64,000 nt of DNA from an uncultured Dehalococcoidia bacterium (GCA_964371355.1 CAYJMG010000017.1:10277-74276); one strand, 5' to 3'. Positions 29,373 to 39,418 are shown, numbered from the stretch's first letter. The notes: generated from the sequence alone by a model not told the origin. Made by a program: numbers and translations.

Positions 29373-30621
29373 GACAAGAGCCGGATCGCGGCAGACGGCG
29401 ATGACAGCGCCCGCACGTGCCCGTCGGGAGCCGGGACGGCGCACGGTGCTGTTCGTGCAGCCCACGTCGGAGGTGGGTGGCTCTGACATCGCGCTCTATC
29501 GCCTGGCGGCGGAGCTGGACCGCACCAGGTTCGATCCCGTGGTCGTGCTGCCGCGCGAAGGCCCGCTCACCGGCAAGCTGCGCGACGCTGGCGTGCGCGT
29601 CGTCATATGCCCGATGACCCAGCTTCGATCCACGCGCAACCCGCTCGTGCACCTGCGATACCTGGCCGCGTTCGTGCCGTCCGTGGCCGCCCTGGTGCTC
29701 CGCATCCGCCGCGAGCGAGCGGCGATCGTCCACACCAACTCGCTGTACAGCCTGCAAGGGGCGTGGGCGGCGCGCGTCGCCCGCGTGCCGCACGTCTGGC
29801 ATATCCGGGAGATCCCCGACGCGCCGTGGCCGATCAGGAGCCTGCTGCTCTTTATGGCGCGCAACCTCTCAACGCGCGTCGTCGCAATGACCGGCGCGGT
29901 GGCCTCGATGTTCGGCGAACGCCGCGACGAGCGTCTCCTCACCATCCCCGACGGCATCGACCTCACGCGATTCTCCCCGGAGCACCAGGGAGAGCGGGTC
30001 CGCCGCGACCTGGGGATCCCGCCCGGAGCGCCCGTCGCGGGCTTCGTCGCGCGTCTCGACCCGTGGAAAGGCGCCGACGTGTTCGTTCGAGCGGCGGCGG
30101 AGGCCGCCCGTCAGCGCCCGGACGCGCACTTCATCGTGTGCGGTGGCGAGCTGCCGGGCTACGAGGCATACGCGAGAGGCCTGCGCGAGCTGGCCGGACG
30201 ACTCGGCCTCGACGGCCGGATGCACTTCACGGGCTGGACGTACCGCGTCGACGACATCCCCGACGTCATGGGCGCGATCGACGTCCTGGTGCACACGTCG
30301 GTGCGCCCTGAGCCCTTCGGGCTGGTGCTGATCGAGGCGATGGCCAGCGGCAAGCCCGTTGTGGCCGCGCGTGACGGCGGCGTCCCCGAAATCGTCGAAG
30401 ATGGCGTGACCGGGGTCCTCGTACGGCCGGGCGACTGGTACGAAGCAGCCTGCGCCGTGGCGGCCCTCCTGGGGCAACCAGAGCGTGCGCGCGTGATGGG
30501 CGCCGCGGGCCGGAGGCGTGCACAGCGGCTGTTCGACATCGACACGTACGTCCGCCGCGTCGAGCGCCTCTATGACGAGATCCTGACCACGGAACGGCTA
30601 ATGGAGGCACAGGCAGCATGA
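29365..30621 (+). CDS. GT4-family glycosyltransferase.
   Basis: SVRPEPFGLVLIEAMASGKPVVAARDGGVPEIVEDGVTG. Alternative start at 29401. Confidence 0.8.
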   Translation: MLETRAGSRQTAMTAPARARREPGRRTVLFVQPTSEVGGSDIALYRLAAELDRTRFDPVVVLPREGPLTGKLRDAGVRVVICPMTQLRSTRNPLVHLRYLAAFVPSVAALVLRIRRERAAIVHTNSLYSLQGAWAARVARVPHVWHIREIPDAPWPIRSLLLFMARNLSTRVVAMTGAVASMFGERRDERLLTIPDGIDLTRFSPEHQGERVRRDLGIPPGAPVAGFVARLDPWKGADVFVRAAAEAARQRPDAHFIVCGGELPGYEAYARGLRELAGRLGLDGRMHFTGWTYRVDDIPDVMGAIDVLVHTSVRPEPFGLVLIEAMASGKPVVAARDGGVPEIVEDGVTGVLVRPGDWYEAACAVAALLGQPERARVMGAAGRRRAQRLFDIDTYVRRVERLYDEILTTERLMEAQAA

Positions 30622-31574
30622 GCGCGCGCCTTAGCGTGATCGTCGTGAACTTCAACGGCGGCTCGACCGTCCGCCAGTGCCTGGAACACCTGTGGCCGCA
30701 GATCCCCGAGGGCGCAGACGGCTGCGAGGTGGCCCTCGTGGACAACGCTTCCAGCGACCGCAGCGCCGACGGCCTCGAGCGCGCATTCCCGGCCCTGCGA
30801 ATCATCAGGAATCACGAAAACGTCGGATTCGCACGGGCCAACAACCAGGCCATCGTCGACACCACGGGGGAGTACGTCCTGCTGCTGAACCCCGATGTCG
30901 TACTCGCGCCCGGCGCGCTCTCGACGGCGCTGGCATACATGGACGGACACGGCGACGTGAGCATCCTTGGGCCCAAGATCCTGCTGCCCGACGGCCGGCT
31001 CGACCCGGCCGCGCACCGTTCCTTCAAGACGCCGATGACGTACCTGTATCGCATGGCGGGGCTCTCAAGGCTCTTCCCACGCAACCGCATCTTCGGCCGG
31101 TACTACCTGACGTATCTCGACGAGAACTCAATCGCCGACGTCGACTCCGTGGTGGGCGCGTTCCTGCTTATCCGCCGGTCGGTCATCGACGAGATCGGCA
31201 TGCTGGACGAGCGGTTCTTCATGTACTGCGAGGACGAGGACTGGTGCTGGCGCGTAAAGCAGGCAGGGGGCCGCGTCGTGTATCACCCGGGCGTGGTGGC
31301 CCACCACCGAAAAGGAAGCAGCACGCGAACGGTGCCCATCCGCATGGCGTACCACTGGCACCGCTCCCTGTACCTGTACCACCGCAAGAACATCGCGCGC
31401 CGCTACGGCGCGGTGACAAACCTGACGGTGTACGCGGGCATCGCACTATCGCTCGCCGCGAAGGTCGTCCTCCTGACTGCGCATCGCGTCCTTGGCCGCC
31501 GTCCGGTGTCAATGAGGACGGGAGGCATCACCACAGTGGGGCCGCGTCCTGCCGCGCCATCGCCGCCGCGCTGA
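30618..31574 (+). CDS. GT2-family (GT-A) glycosyltransferase.
   Basis: LSVIVVNFNGGSTVRQCL...VALVDNASSD...LLLNPD. GGAGG RBS. Confidence 0.8.
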   Translation: MSARLSVIVVNFNGGSTVRQCLEHLWPQIPEGADGCEVALVDNASSDRSADGLERAFPALRIIRNHENVGFARANNQAIVDTTGEYVLLLNPDVVLAPGALSTALAYMDGHGDVSILGPKILLPDGRLDPAAHRSFKTPMTYLYRMAGLSRLFPRNRIFGRYYLTYLDENSIADVDSVVGAFLLIRRSVIDEIGMLDERFFMYCEDEDWCWRVKQAGGRVVYHPGVVAHHRKGSSTRTVPIRMAYHWHRSLYLYHRKNIARRYGAVTNLTVYAGIALSLAAKVVLLTAHRVLGRRPVSMRTGGITTVGPRPAAPSPPR

Positions 31575-31586
31575 CGGCATCCGCCA

Positions 31587-32198
31587 TCAAGCCGATTCGA
31601 GCAGCCGCCGCACCCGCGCCAGGTCGGCGTCGGTGTTGGTGTTCAGGAACGACCGCAGCTCCGGGTCCAGCGCCCGGCACTCGTGTTCCTGCACGTAACA
31701 GACTCGCACCGCACCGAGGAATCCCGTGATCTTGTACTGGCCGGCGCCAAGCCGCTCGCGCATCGGGTCGATACAGGCGGGGCTGTAGACCGCATGCAGT
31801 GGTTCCGGGTACTTGATCACCGGCATGACCACGTCACAGTCATCCGAACGGCGAAACAGGTCGGCGATGAGCGCCGCTGAGAGCAGCGGCATGTCGCAAG
31901 CGACGGCGAGCGCGCGCGGCGCTTCGATGCGGGCGAGGCCCGTGGCGATCCCGCCCAGCGGTCCACAGCCCGGGAAGTCGTCCTCGGCGATCCGGACGGA
32001 GATCGCGGCGGCGACGGGCGGCAATGCCTGCCCCGGAGCCGAGACGACGACGATCTCGCCCACGACACCGGCGATGCGGTCGACCACCCGCTGAAGCAGC
32101 GTGGTGCCCAGCAGCACTTCCGACGCCTTGTCACGACCAAGGCGCGTACTGCGCCCGCCTGCGAGGACGATCGCGGCGAAGTCAGGGCGTGCACGCAT
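31587..32198 (-). CDS. mobA: Molybdenum cofactor guanylyltransferase.
   Basis: AAIVLAGGRSTRLGRDKA N-terminus. About 200 aa. Directly downstream of the molybdoenzyme alpha subunit. Confidence 0.8.
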   Translation of the reverse strand: MRARPDFAAIVLAGGRSTRLGRDKASEVLLGTTLLQRVVDRIAGVVGEIVVVSAPGQALPPVAAAISVRIAEDDFPGCGPLGGIATGLARIEAPRALAVACDMPLLSAALIADLFRRSDDCDVVMPVIKYPEPLHAVYSPACIDPMRERLGAGQYKITGFLGAVRVCYVQEHECRALDPELRSFLNTNTDADLARVRRLLESA

Positions 32199-32240
32199 CG
32201 ATATCAGCGTAGCAGCCGCCGCGAGCGGATCGAGGCCGGG

Positions 32241-34976
32241 CTAGAACCGCTTGCGGCGCCCGTCACCACCGCGGCGCGGCGCGCCCGGCTTGTCGATGCG
32301 CACCGCGCACACCTTGTACTCGGGGATCTTGGACTTCGGGTCGTAGGCGGCGTTCGTAACGAAATTGGCGGCGGAGTCCGCGAGCTTCACGAACGGCACA
32401 AAGATCTCCCCCCGCATCACCGCATCCGTCACGAGCGCCTGTCCGCGCAGTTCTCCCCGCCGCGAACTCACGACCACCTCCTCAAGGTCCGCGATGCCGC
32501 GCTCGGCCGCGTCGTCCGGGTGGATGGCGACGCGCACGACCGGCGACCGCGCCAGCAGCCCCTTCACGCGTCTTGTCATCGTGCCGCCGTGCCAGTGGTA
32601 CAGCACGCGGCCTGTGTTCAGCATCAGCGGGAACCGCCGCGAGGGCAGCTCGGCCGCCGGCGGCCCCTGCGTCACCGGTACGAACTTCGCCTTGCCGATC
32701 GGGAACCGCTCGGCGAACAAGATCGGCGTGCCTGGATGGTCCGGCGCCGGGCACGGCCACTGGATCCCGCCTTCTCGATCCAGCCGCCCGTGCGAAATGC
32801 CACCCATGTTCGGCGCCAGCGACGCCAGTTCGTCGAAGATCGCGGCGGGGCTCTCGAAGGCAAAGCCGTCATCCGAGCGGCCCAGCAGTCGGGCCACCCG
32901 CCGGGCCACCTCGCACACGATCGCCCAGTCCGGGCGGCAGTCGCCGACCGGCGGGATCGCCTGCCGCACGCGTTGCACGCGTCGCTCGCTGTTCGTGAAC
33001 GTCCCTTCCTTCTCGGCGAACGAGGTCGACGGCAGGACCACATCGGCCAGCTCCGCCGTCTCCGACATGAAGATCTCCTGCACCACCAGGAACTTCAGCC
33101 GCTCGATCGCCTCCTTCGCGTGCGCCAAGTACGGCTCGCTGAGCAGCGGGTTCTCGCCGACGATGTACATGCAGTCCAGCCGCCCCAGCGCCGCTTCCTC
33201 GATCATCTCCGTCGCCGTCAGCCCGGGCGCCGACGGCAGCTCGTTGCCCCAAGCTCCGGAGAACTTGCGCACGGCCTCGGCCCCGATCCCCTGCAGGCCC
33301 GGGAGCTGATCGGGCAGGCACCCGGCATCACCGCAGCCCTGCACGTTGTTCTGGCCCCGTAGTGGCGAGATCCCGGACCCCGGCTTGCCCACCTGCCCGG
33401 CGGCCAGCGCGAGGTTCACCAGCGAGTGGGCGTTGTCTGTGCCGCAGGTGTGCTGGGTCACACCCATGCCCCACAGCAGGCACGATCCGCTGGATGGCGT
33501 CCGCGCGTAGAGCCGGGCGGCCGCCCGCACCTGTTCGGCCGGGACGCCCGTTACAGCCTCCGTCTCCTCGGGCGCGTACCGGTCGAGGCTGGCGCGCCAT
33601 GCGTCGAAGCCCTCAGTGCGGCTTTCGATGAAACCGGCGTCCTGCAGTCCCGCCTCCAGCATCGCCTTCGCGATGCTGTTGAACAGCGCCACGTCCGTGC
33701 CCGGGTTGGGCCGCAGCCAGATGTCCGCGTAGTCGCAGAGGTCGATGCGCGTCGGGTTCACGACGATGAGCCGGGCGCCGCGGGTATCGATCGCACGCCG
33801 CAGCCGCGAGGCGATGACCGGGTGGTTGGAGCTGGTGTCGCTCCCCACCACCATCAGGCACCCGGCCCGCTCGTAGTCCTCGTACGAGTTGCTGGTGGCG
33901 CCACTCCCGATCTGCAGCATCATCGCCTTCACAGACGGGCCGTGGCAGAGGCGCGAGCAGTGGTCGATGCTGTTCGTCCCCATGAGCAGGCGCACGAACT
34001 TCTGGAAAATGTAACCGTCCTCGTTCGTCCCCTTGGCCGAGGCGAGGGCCGCGAACGAGCCCCGGTGCTCGACGAGCTTCCGCGCGACGAGGTCGAGCGC
34101 CTCGTCCCAGGATGCGGGCTGTAGCGCGCCCTCGCGACGTATCAGCGGCTGCGTCAGCCGATCCGGCGCGTGCACGAACGACGACCCAAAGCGCCCCTTG
34201 ACGCAGAGCATCCCGGTGCTCGAGGGGTTCGCCGGCTGGTCCAGCACCTCGATGATCCGGTCGTCGGCGTCAACACGCAGCGCGACGCCGCACCCCACGC
34301 CGCAGTACGGGCAGGTCGTCGATACCTCACGACGCGTCTCCGCTGCCGGCACGGGCTTCGCCAGCAGCGCGCCCGTCGGGCAGACGGACACGCACTGCCC
34401 ACAGGAGGTGCAGATCGACTCGACGATCGGCCTGTCCATGAATGCGGCGATCCGCGCGTCGGCACCGCTGCCTGCGATGGCGATCGCGCCGATGTGCTGG
34501 ACGTCCTGGCACGCCTCGACGCAGCGGCCGCAGAGGATGCACGCGCCAAGGTCAGTCGTGAAGAATGGGCTGCTGTCGTCAAGACGCTCGCGCGGCCGTC
34601 GAGTGAGTCCGTCCGTCACCACGCCGTAACGGCTCATCTCCGCCTGCAGCTCTCCCGCCGGCACACCGTCCGTCGCGACCGCGGCGATCCGGGTCATCGC
34701 CGCCGTCAGGGACAGCACCGTGCGGCGTGTGCGCTCGGCCAGGGGGCTCGCTGTCAGCACCGTCATCCCATCGGCGGCGGGCGTGTGGCAGCTCGCGCGA
34801 AGCCCTCGCAGTCCTTCGACCTCGACGAGGCATGTCCGGCAAGACCCAATCGGCGACTGGTCGGCGTCCTTGCACAGGTGTGGGACGTGCGCCCCTGCCG
34901 CCAGTACAGCGTCCAGGATGCTGGCGCCTTCCTCGACGTGCACGGCGGATCCGTCGACGATGACGGCCAGCGTCAT
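32241..34976 (-). CDS. NAD-dependent formate dehydrogenase alpha subunit (FdsA-type; N-terminal 2Fe-2S and 4Fe-4S domains plus a Mo-bisPGD domain).
   Basis: Start MTLAVIVDG at 34976, overlapping the upstream stop (ATGA). Cys clusters CKDADQSPIGSCRTC, CILCGRCVEAC, CTSCGQCVSVCP. A long molybdopterin oxidoreductase domain. mobA is adjacent. Confidence 0.7.
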   Translation of the reverse strand: MTLAVIVDGSAVHVEEGASILDAVLAAGAHVPHLCKDADQSPIGSCRTCLVEVEGLRGLRASCHTPAADGMTVLTASPLAERTRRTVLSLTAAMTRIAAVATDGVPAGELQAEMSRYGVVTDGLTRRPRERLDDSSPFFTTDLGACILCGRCVEACQDVQHIGAIAIAGSGADARIAAFMDRPIVESICTSCGQCVSVCPTGALLAKPVPAAETRREVSTTCPYCGVGCGVALRVDADDRIIEVLDQPANPSSTGMLCVKGRFGSSFVHAPDRLTQPLIRREGALQPASWDEALDLVARKLVEHRGSFAALASAKGTNEDGYIFQKFVRLLMGTNSIDHCSRLCHGPSVKAMMLQIGSGATSNSYEDYERAGCLMVVGSDTSSNHPVIASRLRRAIDTRGARLIVVNPTRIDLCDYADIWLRPNPGTDVALFNSIAKAMLEAGLQDAGFIESRTEGFDAWRASLDRYAPEETEAVTGVPAEQVRAAARLYARTPSSGSCLLWGMGVTQHTCGTDNAHSLVNLALAAGQVGKPGSGISPLRGQNNVQGCGDAGCLPDQLPGLQGIGAEAVRKFSGAWGNELPSAPGLTATEMIEEAALGRLDCMYIVGENPLLSEPYLAHAKEAIERLKFLVVQEIFMSETAELADVVLPSTSFAEKEGTFTNSERRVQRVRQAIPPVGDCRPDWAIVCEVARRVARLLGRSDDGFAFESPAAIFDELASLAPNMGGISHGRLDREGGIQWPCPAPDHPGTPILFAERFPIGKAKFVPVTQGPPAAELPSRRFPLMLNTGRVLYHWHGGTMTRRVKGLLARSPVVRVAIHPDDAAERGIADLEEVVVSSRRGELRGQALVTDAVMRGEIFVPFVKLADSAANFVTNAAYDPKSKIPEYKVCAVRIDKPGAPRRGGDGRRKRF

Positions 34977-36670
34977 GGCGCCGTCTCCCGCAACTCTTCG
35001 TCGAAATGGCGGCGCGCGCTCATATACGGAAGCGGCGCCATCTGCCCCAGGCCGCACAAGGACGCCGCATTCACGGCCTCGGCAAGCTGATCCAGGCGCG
35101 ACATGGCATCGGCCGACGCGTCAGCAAGCAGCTCGAGCATATGCGCCGTCCCCTCGCGGCACGGCGTGCATTTCCCGCACGACTCCCGCGCGTTGTACGC
35201 CGTCAGGTGGCGCACGACCTCGCGGATCGACATGGACTCGTCGATCACGACGATGCCACCGGCGCCCGGGGACGCGCCGGTCTCGTCCAACCCACCCGGC
35301 AGGAACGATGCATCGAGCTTTGACGGCGGAAGCAGCGTGCCCGACGGCCCACCGCACAGCACCGCCCGCAGCCGCTTCCCTTCGGCGACGCCCCCAGCGC
35401 ACCCCTCGATGATCTCGCGCAGCGTCGCGCCGAACGGCACCTCGTACACACCCGGCGCGCGGACGGCGCCGGAAACACACGCGAGCTTCGTACCGGGATG
35501 ATCGGCCGTCCCCGCCCGCCGGAACGCCGCGGCTCCCTCGGCGAGGATGTACGGCAGGTTGCACAGCGTCTCGACGTTGTTGATGACCGTCGGCCGCCCC
35601 CATAACCCCACATCGACCGGGAACGGCGGGCGCAGCCGCGGCACCGCACGGTGACCTTCGATGCTGGAGAGGATGACGGACTCTTCGCCGCACACGTAGC
35701 CGCCCGCCCCCCGGCGGAACGTGATGGGTGGGGTGCTCTCGTCGACCAAGCCCCGCTCGCGCATCGCCGCGATCGCGGCGGCGAGTCGCCTCGTTGCCTC
35801 GTCGGCCTCACCATTTATGTAAACAAAGACCTCCGCCGGCTCCAGTGCCCGCGCCGCGATCAGGATGCCTTCGACCAGCATGTGCGGGTCCAGCTCCATG
35901 ACGACTCGATCCTTGAACACCGCCGGCTCGCCTTCTTCCGCGTTTACCACCAGGTAGCGCGGCCCTGCATGCTCCCGCGTCGCCTTCCACTTCACGGCGG
36001 CCGGGAAGTATGCGCCTCCGCGCCCACGGAGCCCGGCGGCCTCTACCTCGGCCACGATCGCATCGGGGCTCATCGAACGCGCCCTGGCCAACGCCGCATA
36101 CGCACCCGCGGCTATCGCGGCATCGATGCTCGATGGGTCGATTTGTCCGCAGCGCTTCAGCACGCGGCGCACCTCGCCCGGCGCCGACTCCGCGACGCTG
36201 CGCGCCCGCACTGGTATCCGCGCGGGATCGCGCGTCGCCTCCATCACCGCCGCCGTCGTCGCCGAATCAACGTACCGGCCATCTACCGCGGCAACGGGCG
36301 CGCGATCGCACCGGAAGCGGCAAGGATGCTCCTCTACCGTCCAGCCCGCGGGCATTGACGCATGCAGCGACGCCGCAAGCGGCTCGGCGCCCGCGAGCAG
36401 GCAGCTCAGTCCGGTGCAGACGCCGACATGTTGCCCCGTGGGAGGCGCGAGCGTCAGTTCGCTGTAGCTCGTCGCGACACCGAAGACCTCGCTCTGCGGC
36501 ACACGCACATGGCGGGCGATGGCCGTAAGCGCGGCCTCGGACAGGTAACCGGCCTGGTGCTGGACGGCGAGGAGGATGGGCAGCAACTCGCTGCGGCGCC
36601 GCCCGAAGCCGGAAAGGACGCGCTCGACATCCGCCGCTGCCTCCGGGGCCTGTACGACCGTGCGCTCCAT
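34973..36670 (-). CDS. Formate dehydrogenase beta subunit, a fusion of a NuoE-like [2Fe-2S] thioredoxin-fold domain and a NuoF-like NADH/FMN/[4Fe-4S] domain.
   Basis: N-terminal VCTGLSC...CRFRCDRAP. NuoF motifs GRGGAYFP, GEESVILSSIEG, ESCGKCTPCREG. GGAGG RBS. Confidence 0.75.
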   Translation of the reverse strand: MERTVVQAPEAAADVERVLSGFGRRRSELLPILLAVQHQAGYLSEAALTAIARHVRVPQSEVFGVATSYSELTLAPPTGQHVGVCTGLSCLLAGAEPLAASLHASMPAGWTVEEHPCRFRCDRAPVAAVDGRYVDSATTAAVMEATRDPARIPVRARSVAESAPGEVRRVLKRCGQIDPSSIDAAIAAGAYAALARARSMSPDAIVAEVEAAGLRGRGGAYFPAAVKWKATREHAGPRYLVVNAEEGEPAVFKDRVVMELDPHMLVEGILIAARALEPAEVFVYINGEADEATRRLAAAIAAMRERGLVDESTPPITFRRGAGGYVCGEESVILSSIEGHRAVPRLRPPFPVDVGLWGRPTVINNVETLCNLPYILAEGAAAFRRAGTADHPGTKLACVSGAVRAPGVYEVPFGATLREIIEGCAGGVAEGKRLRAVLCGGPSGTLLPPSKLDASFLPGGLDETGASPGAGGIVVIDESMSIREVVRHLTAYNARESCGKCTPCREGTAHMLELLADASADAMSRLDQLAEAVNAASLCGLGQMAPLPYMSARRHFDEELRETAP

Positions 36671-36936
36671 CGCGACGACCTCCGCAGGTGATCTTAGCGG
36701 TTCAACAGCTCATTCATCCCGCGCCCGGCGGCGGAACCGCGCGGCCCGGCCTGAAGATCCCGCATCTGCGCCCATCTCAGATACAGGGGCCCGCCGGGCC
36801 AGCGCCTCCGCGAACTCCACGCCACTCGCCATTCGGCATGCCGCAGTTCCGGATGTTCGCCTCGCGGTTTTCGGCCATCCGGCACAACCTCGCAACCGCG
36901 TTGCTGCGGCACAGTGGAGGCGACAGGAGGCGGGTT

Positions 36937-38097
36937 ATGCACACGGACACACGCGGGACGCTGCTGGAAGACGTGCAGTTCGAGGAGTTGGTGCGGCGGC
37001 TCACAGGCTACCGGAACGAGGAGGGCGTGCTCAGCGTCTACCTGGACATCGATCCGGCGACCGCTGCGCGCGAGGGATACGAGGCCGCACTGCTGGCGGC
37101 CTGGAAGCCGCTTAAGGCGCAAAAGATGGATCAGTGGACCCGCGGCCGCCTGGAGTACGAGATGGCCGGGATCACGGAAGAGGTCCAGAGCTGGCGCGAG
37201 GCCCCCGGGCGCTCCGTCGCGATGTTCTTCAGCGGGCCCGGTGGTCTGCGCGTCGTCATCCCCCTGCAATTCCCGCTGCGCACGCTCGCGAGGTTCGAGC
37301 GCCGGCCGCTCATCCGGCCGCTCATCGCGGCCCTGGACGAGCATCACCGCTACTGCCTCGTGATGGTGGACAAGGCGGGGGCGCGCCTCATCACCGTGAT
37401 GCTGGGCCGCGTCGAGGAGGAGATCCACCTCGAGAGCGACATCCTGCCCCGCACGGACGTCGGCGGCTGGGGTGGCTACCTGCAGCCCCGCTACACCCGC
37501 CACCGGGAGCGGCACCTGATCGACCACCTGCACCGCGTCATCGAGCACCTCTGGGCCATCGATCGGTCGCGGCCCATCCATTCTCTCATCCTCAGCGGTC
37601 CCGACGAGCCCGTCAGCGCTCTGCGCCGCCTGCTGCCGAAGGCGCTGGCCCGCTCCGTCGTGGGGGTCGCACACATGGATCTCGACCTGCCGACGCCCGA
37701 GGTCGTCCGCCAGCTGGAAACCCTCGACGCCGAAGGGCGCGCGCGTGAGGACCGCATCGTCGTCACGGAGCTGGCGAACAGGGCGGCCAGGAAGGACCAC
37801 GCCGTGGCGGGCTGGAGCCCCACGCTGGAGGCGCTGAGCGAAGGCCGCGTGCACCTGCTCGTTATCGCCGAGCAGGAGGCACGCACCGGCGCCCAGTGCC
37901 CGGAGGGCCACTTCCTCACGCTGGGCGAGGACGTCCGCACCTGCCCCTTCTGCGAGGAGACACTCTGGCACATCGATGACGTTGCTGAAGCGGCGATCAG
38001 GATCGCGCTGGCGACAGACGCGCAGGTGCGCTTCGTCTCCGGGACGGCGCAGGCCGATCTTGGCGCGGACGGCGTGGCGGCGGAGCTACGCTGGTAG
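36937..38097 (+). CDS. eRF1/Pelota-like (bacterial baeRF-family) protein with a C-terminal zinc-ribbon insert.
   Basis: AGGAGG 8 nt before the ATG at 36937. Central loop DVGGWGGYLQPRYTRHRERHLIDHLHRVIE resembles the eRF1 domain-2 GGQSALRFARLR...VRKVAE. C-terminal CPEGH...CPFCEE. Confidence 0.5.
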   Translation: MHTDTRGTLLEDVQFEELVRRLTGYRNEEGVLSVYLDIDPATAAREGYEAALLAAWKPLKAQKMDQWTRGRLEYEMAGITEEVQSWREAPGRSVAMFFSGPGGLRVVIPLQFPLRTLARFERRPLIRPLIAALDEHHRYCLVMVDKAGARLITVMLGRVEEEIHLESDILPRTDVGGWGGYLQPRYTRHRERHLIDHLHRVIEHLWAIDRSRPIHSLILSGPDEPVSALRRLLPKALARSVVGVAHMDLDLPTPEVVRQLETLDAEGRAREDRIVVTELANRAARKDHAVAGWSPTLEALSEGRVHLLVIAEQEARTGAQCPEGHFLTLGEDVRTCPFCEETLWHIDDVAEAAIRIALATDAQVRFVSGTAQADLGADGVAAELRW

Positions 38098-38183
38098 GCC
38101 GCACTTCTTCGGCACAACGTGGCGTTGGCTACAGCCCGCGCCGTCCGACAGCCCTCGACGAATAGCTGCGGGCTCGGAGAGCG

Positions 38184-38762
38184 TCAGAACTGCAGCCACT
38201 GGTACCACTTGCCCAGCGGCAGGACCATGACCGCGAGGTCGTGCGGGTGGCCGTGCTGGTCGCGCAGGAACTCGTGCACGGTGGCCGCGCGAATAAACCC
38301 GAGCTGTTCCATGGCCTCGATCGCATCGTCCTGCACGCCCGAGATCAGCTCAGACGTGACCTTCTCCAGGTCGGCGTCGGCGGCAATGTCGCAGAGGTCT
38401 CGCAACAGCGCCGTACCCAACCCCACCGCCCGGTACTCCGGATCGACGGTGGCGCGCACCGTCCCGATCTCGCGGTAGGCGCCGTGCCGGCTGCGGATCA
38501 GCGCCGCATCCGCCACGATGCGTTCTCCGTCGCGCGCGACGAGCGGCAGCGCCCGGTCATAGTCCAGGCCGTCGCACCATGCCGCTATCGTGCGCGGAGA
38601 CGCGACGTCCTGCTTCAGGAACTGGCGTTCGTCCGCGGGCAGGCGGAGAAAGTACGCACCCAGCGCATCGCGGTCGCCCTGCTCCAGCGGGCGGATGTCG
38701 ACCTTGCGGCCGTCGCGCAGCACATGCTGCCGGGGATAGGCCGTGAGCTTGTAGACAGACAT
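38184..38762 (-). CDS. GNAT-family N-acetyltransferase.
   Basis: Motif A RAVGLGTALLRDL, about 190 aa. Confidence 0.75.
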   Translation of the reverse strand: MSVYKLTAYPRQHVLRDGRKVDIRPLEQGDRDALGAYFLRLPADERQFLKQDVASPRTIAAWCDGLDYDRALPLVARDGERIVADAALIRSRHGAYREIGTVRATVDPEYRAVGLGTALLRDLCDIAADADLEKVTSELISGVQDDAIEAMEQLGFIRAATVHEFLRDQHGHPHDLAVMVLPLGKWYQWLQF

Positions 38763-38873
38763 CCTGCGCCTCCAACCTTTGCTGCACGCCCGCGGCCGGC
38801 CGTCGCGGCCATCATCGAGAGAGGCTGGCGCGGGGCGCAGCCTCTCTCGATCTTAGCCGACTGGTGACAGCGC

Positions 38874-39371
38874 TCAACTCACCTTCAACGTGCCCGCCAT
38901 CGTCGCGGGGTGCGCGTCGCACTGGTAGAAGTACTCCCCGGCCTCGGCGGTAAACGTCACTTCCTGGACAAGTGGTCCTGACTCCAGCTCGGTTTCAGCC
39001 AACGTGTCCGCCTTTGCGTCATCGCCCTTGTAGAAGTGGATGTTGTGCACCACGCCCGCATCCTTGTTGTCGAACTTCACGGTGATGCTTCCGGCGGGCG
39101 CCTCCAGCTCGTCCCTGTCGAACAGCGTGCTGACCCCTTCGATCTCCAGCACGGTGCCGCCCGCGGGCGCCGTGCCGGGCGGCGCCTTCGTCGCCGTGGC
39201 CGCCGCCGGAGTCGCCGTCGTCTGCCCGCCGTCAGCCGGGGTGATCTTCCACGTCTTCACCGGCGTGGGGTCCCCTTCCGCCGCCTCCCCGCAGCCAGCC
39301 AGCGCGATCGAGGACGCGCCCAGCGCGACGGCAGCGAACAACGCGGCGACGCGCCGTGTCCTGATGTTCAT
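38874..39371 (-). CDS. Lipoprotein cupredoxin (type-1 blue copper protein).
   Basis: GGAGGAGG RBS before MNIRTRR. Lipobox LAGC. Cu ligands in HNIHFY...YFYQCDAHPATMAG (His, Cys, His, Met). Confidence 0.7.
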   Translation of the reverse strand: MNIRTRRVAALFAAVALGASSIALAGCGEAAEGDPTPVKTWKITPADGGQTTATPAAATATKAPPGTAPAGGTVLEIEGVSTLFDRDELEAPAGSITVKFDNKDAGVVHNIHFYKGDDAKADTLAETELESGPLVQEVTFTAEAGEYFYQCDAHPATMAGTLKVS

Positions 39372-39418
39372 CGTCCCTCCTCCTTCAACAATCCTCCTCA
39401 TTCAACCGTCCGCCGCCA

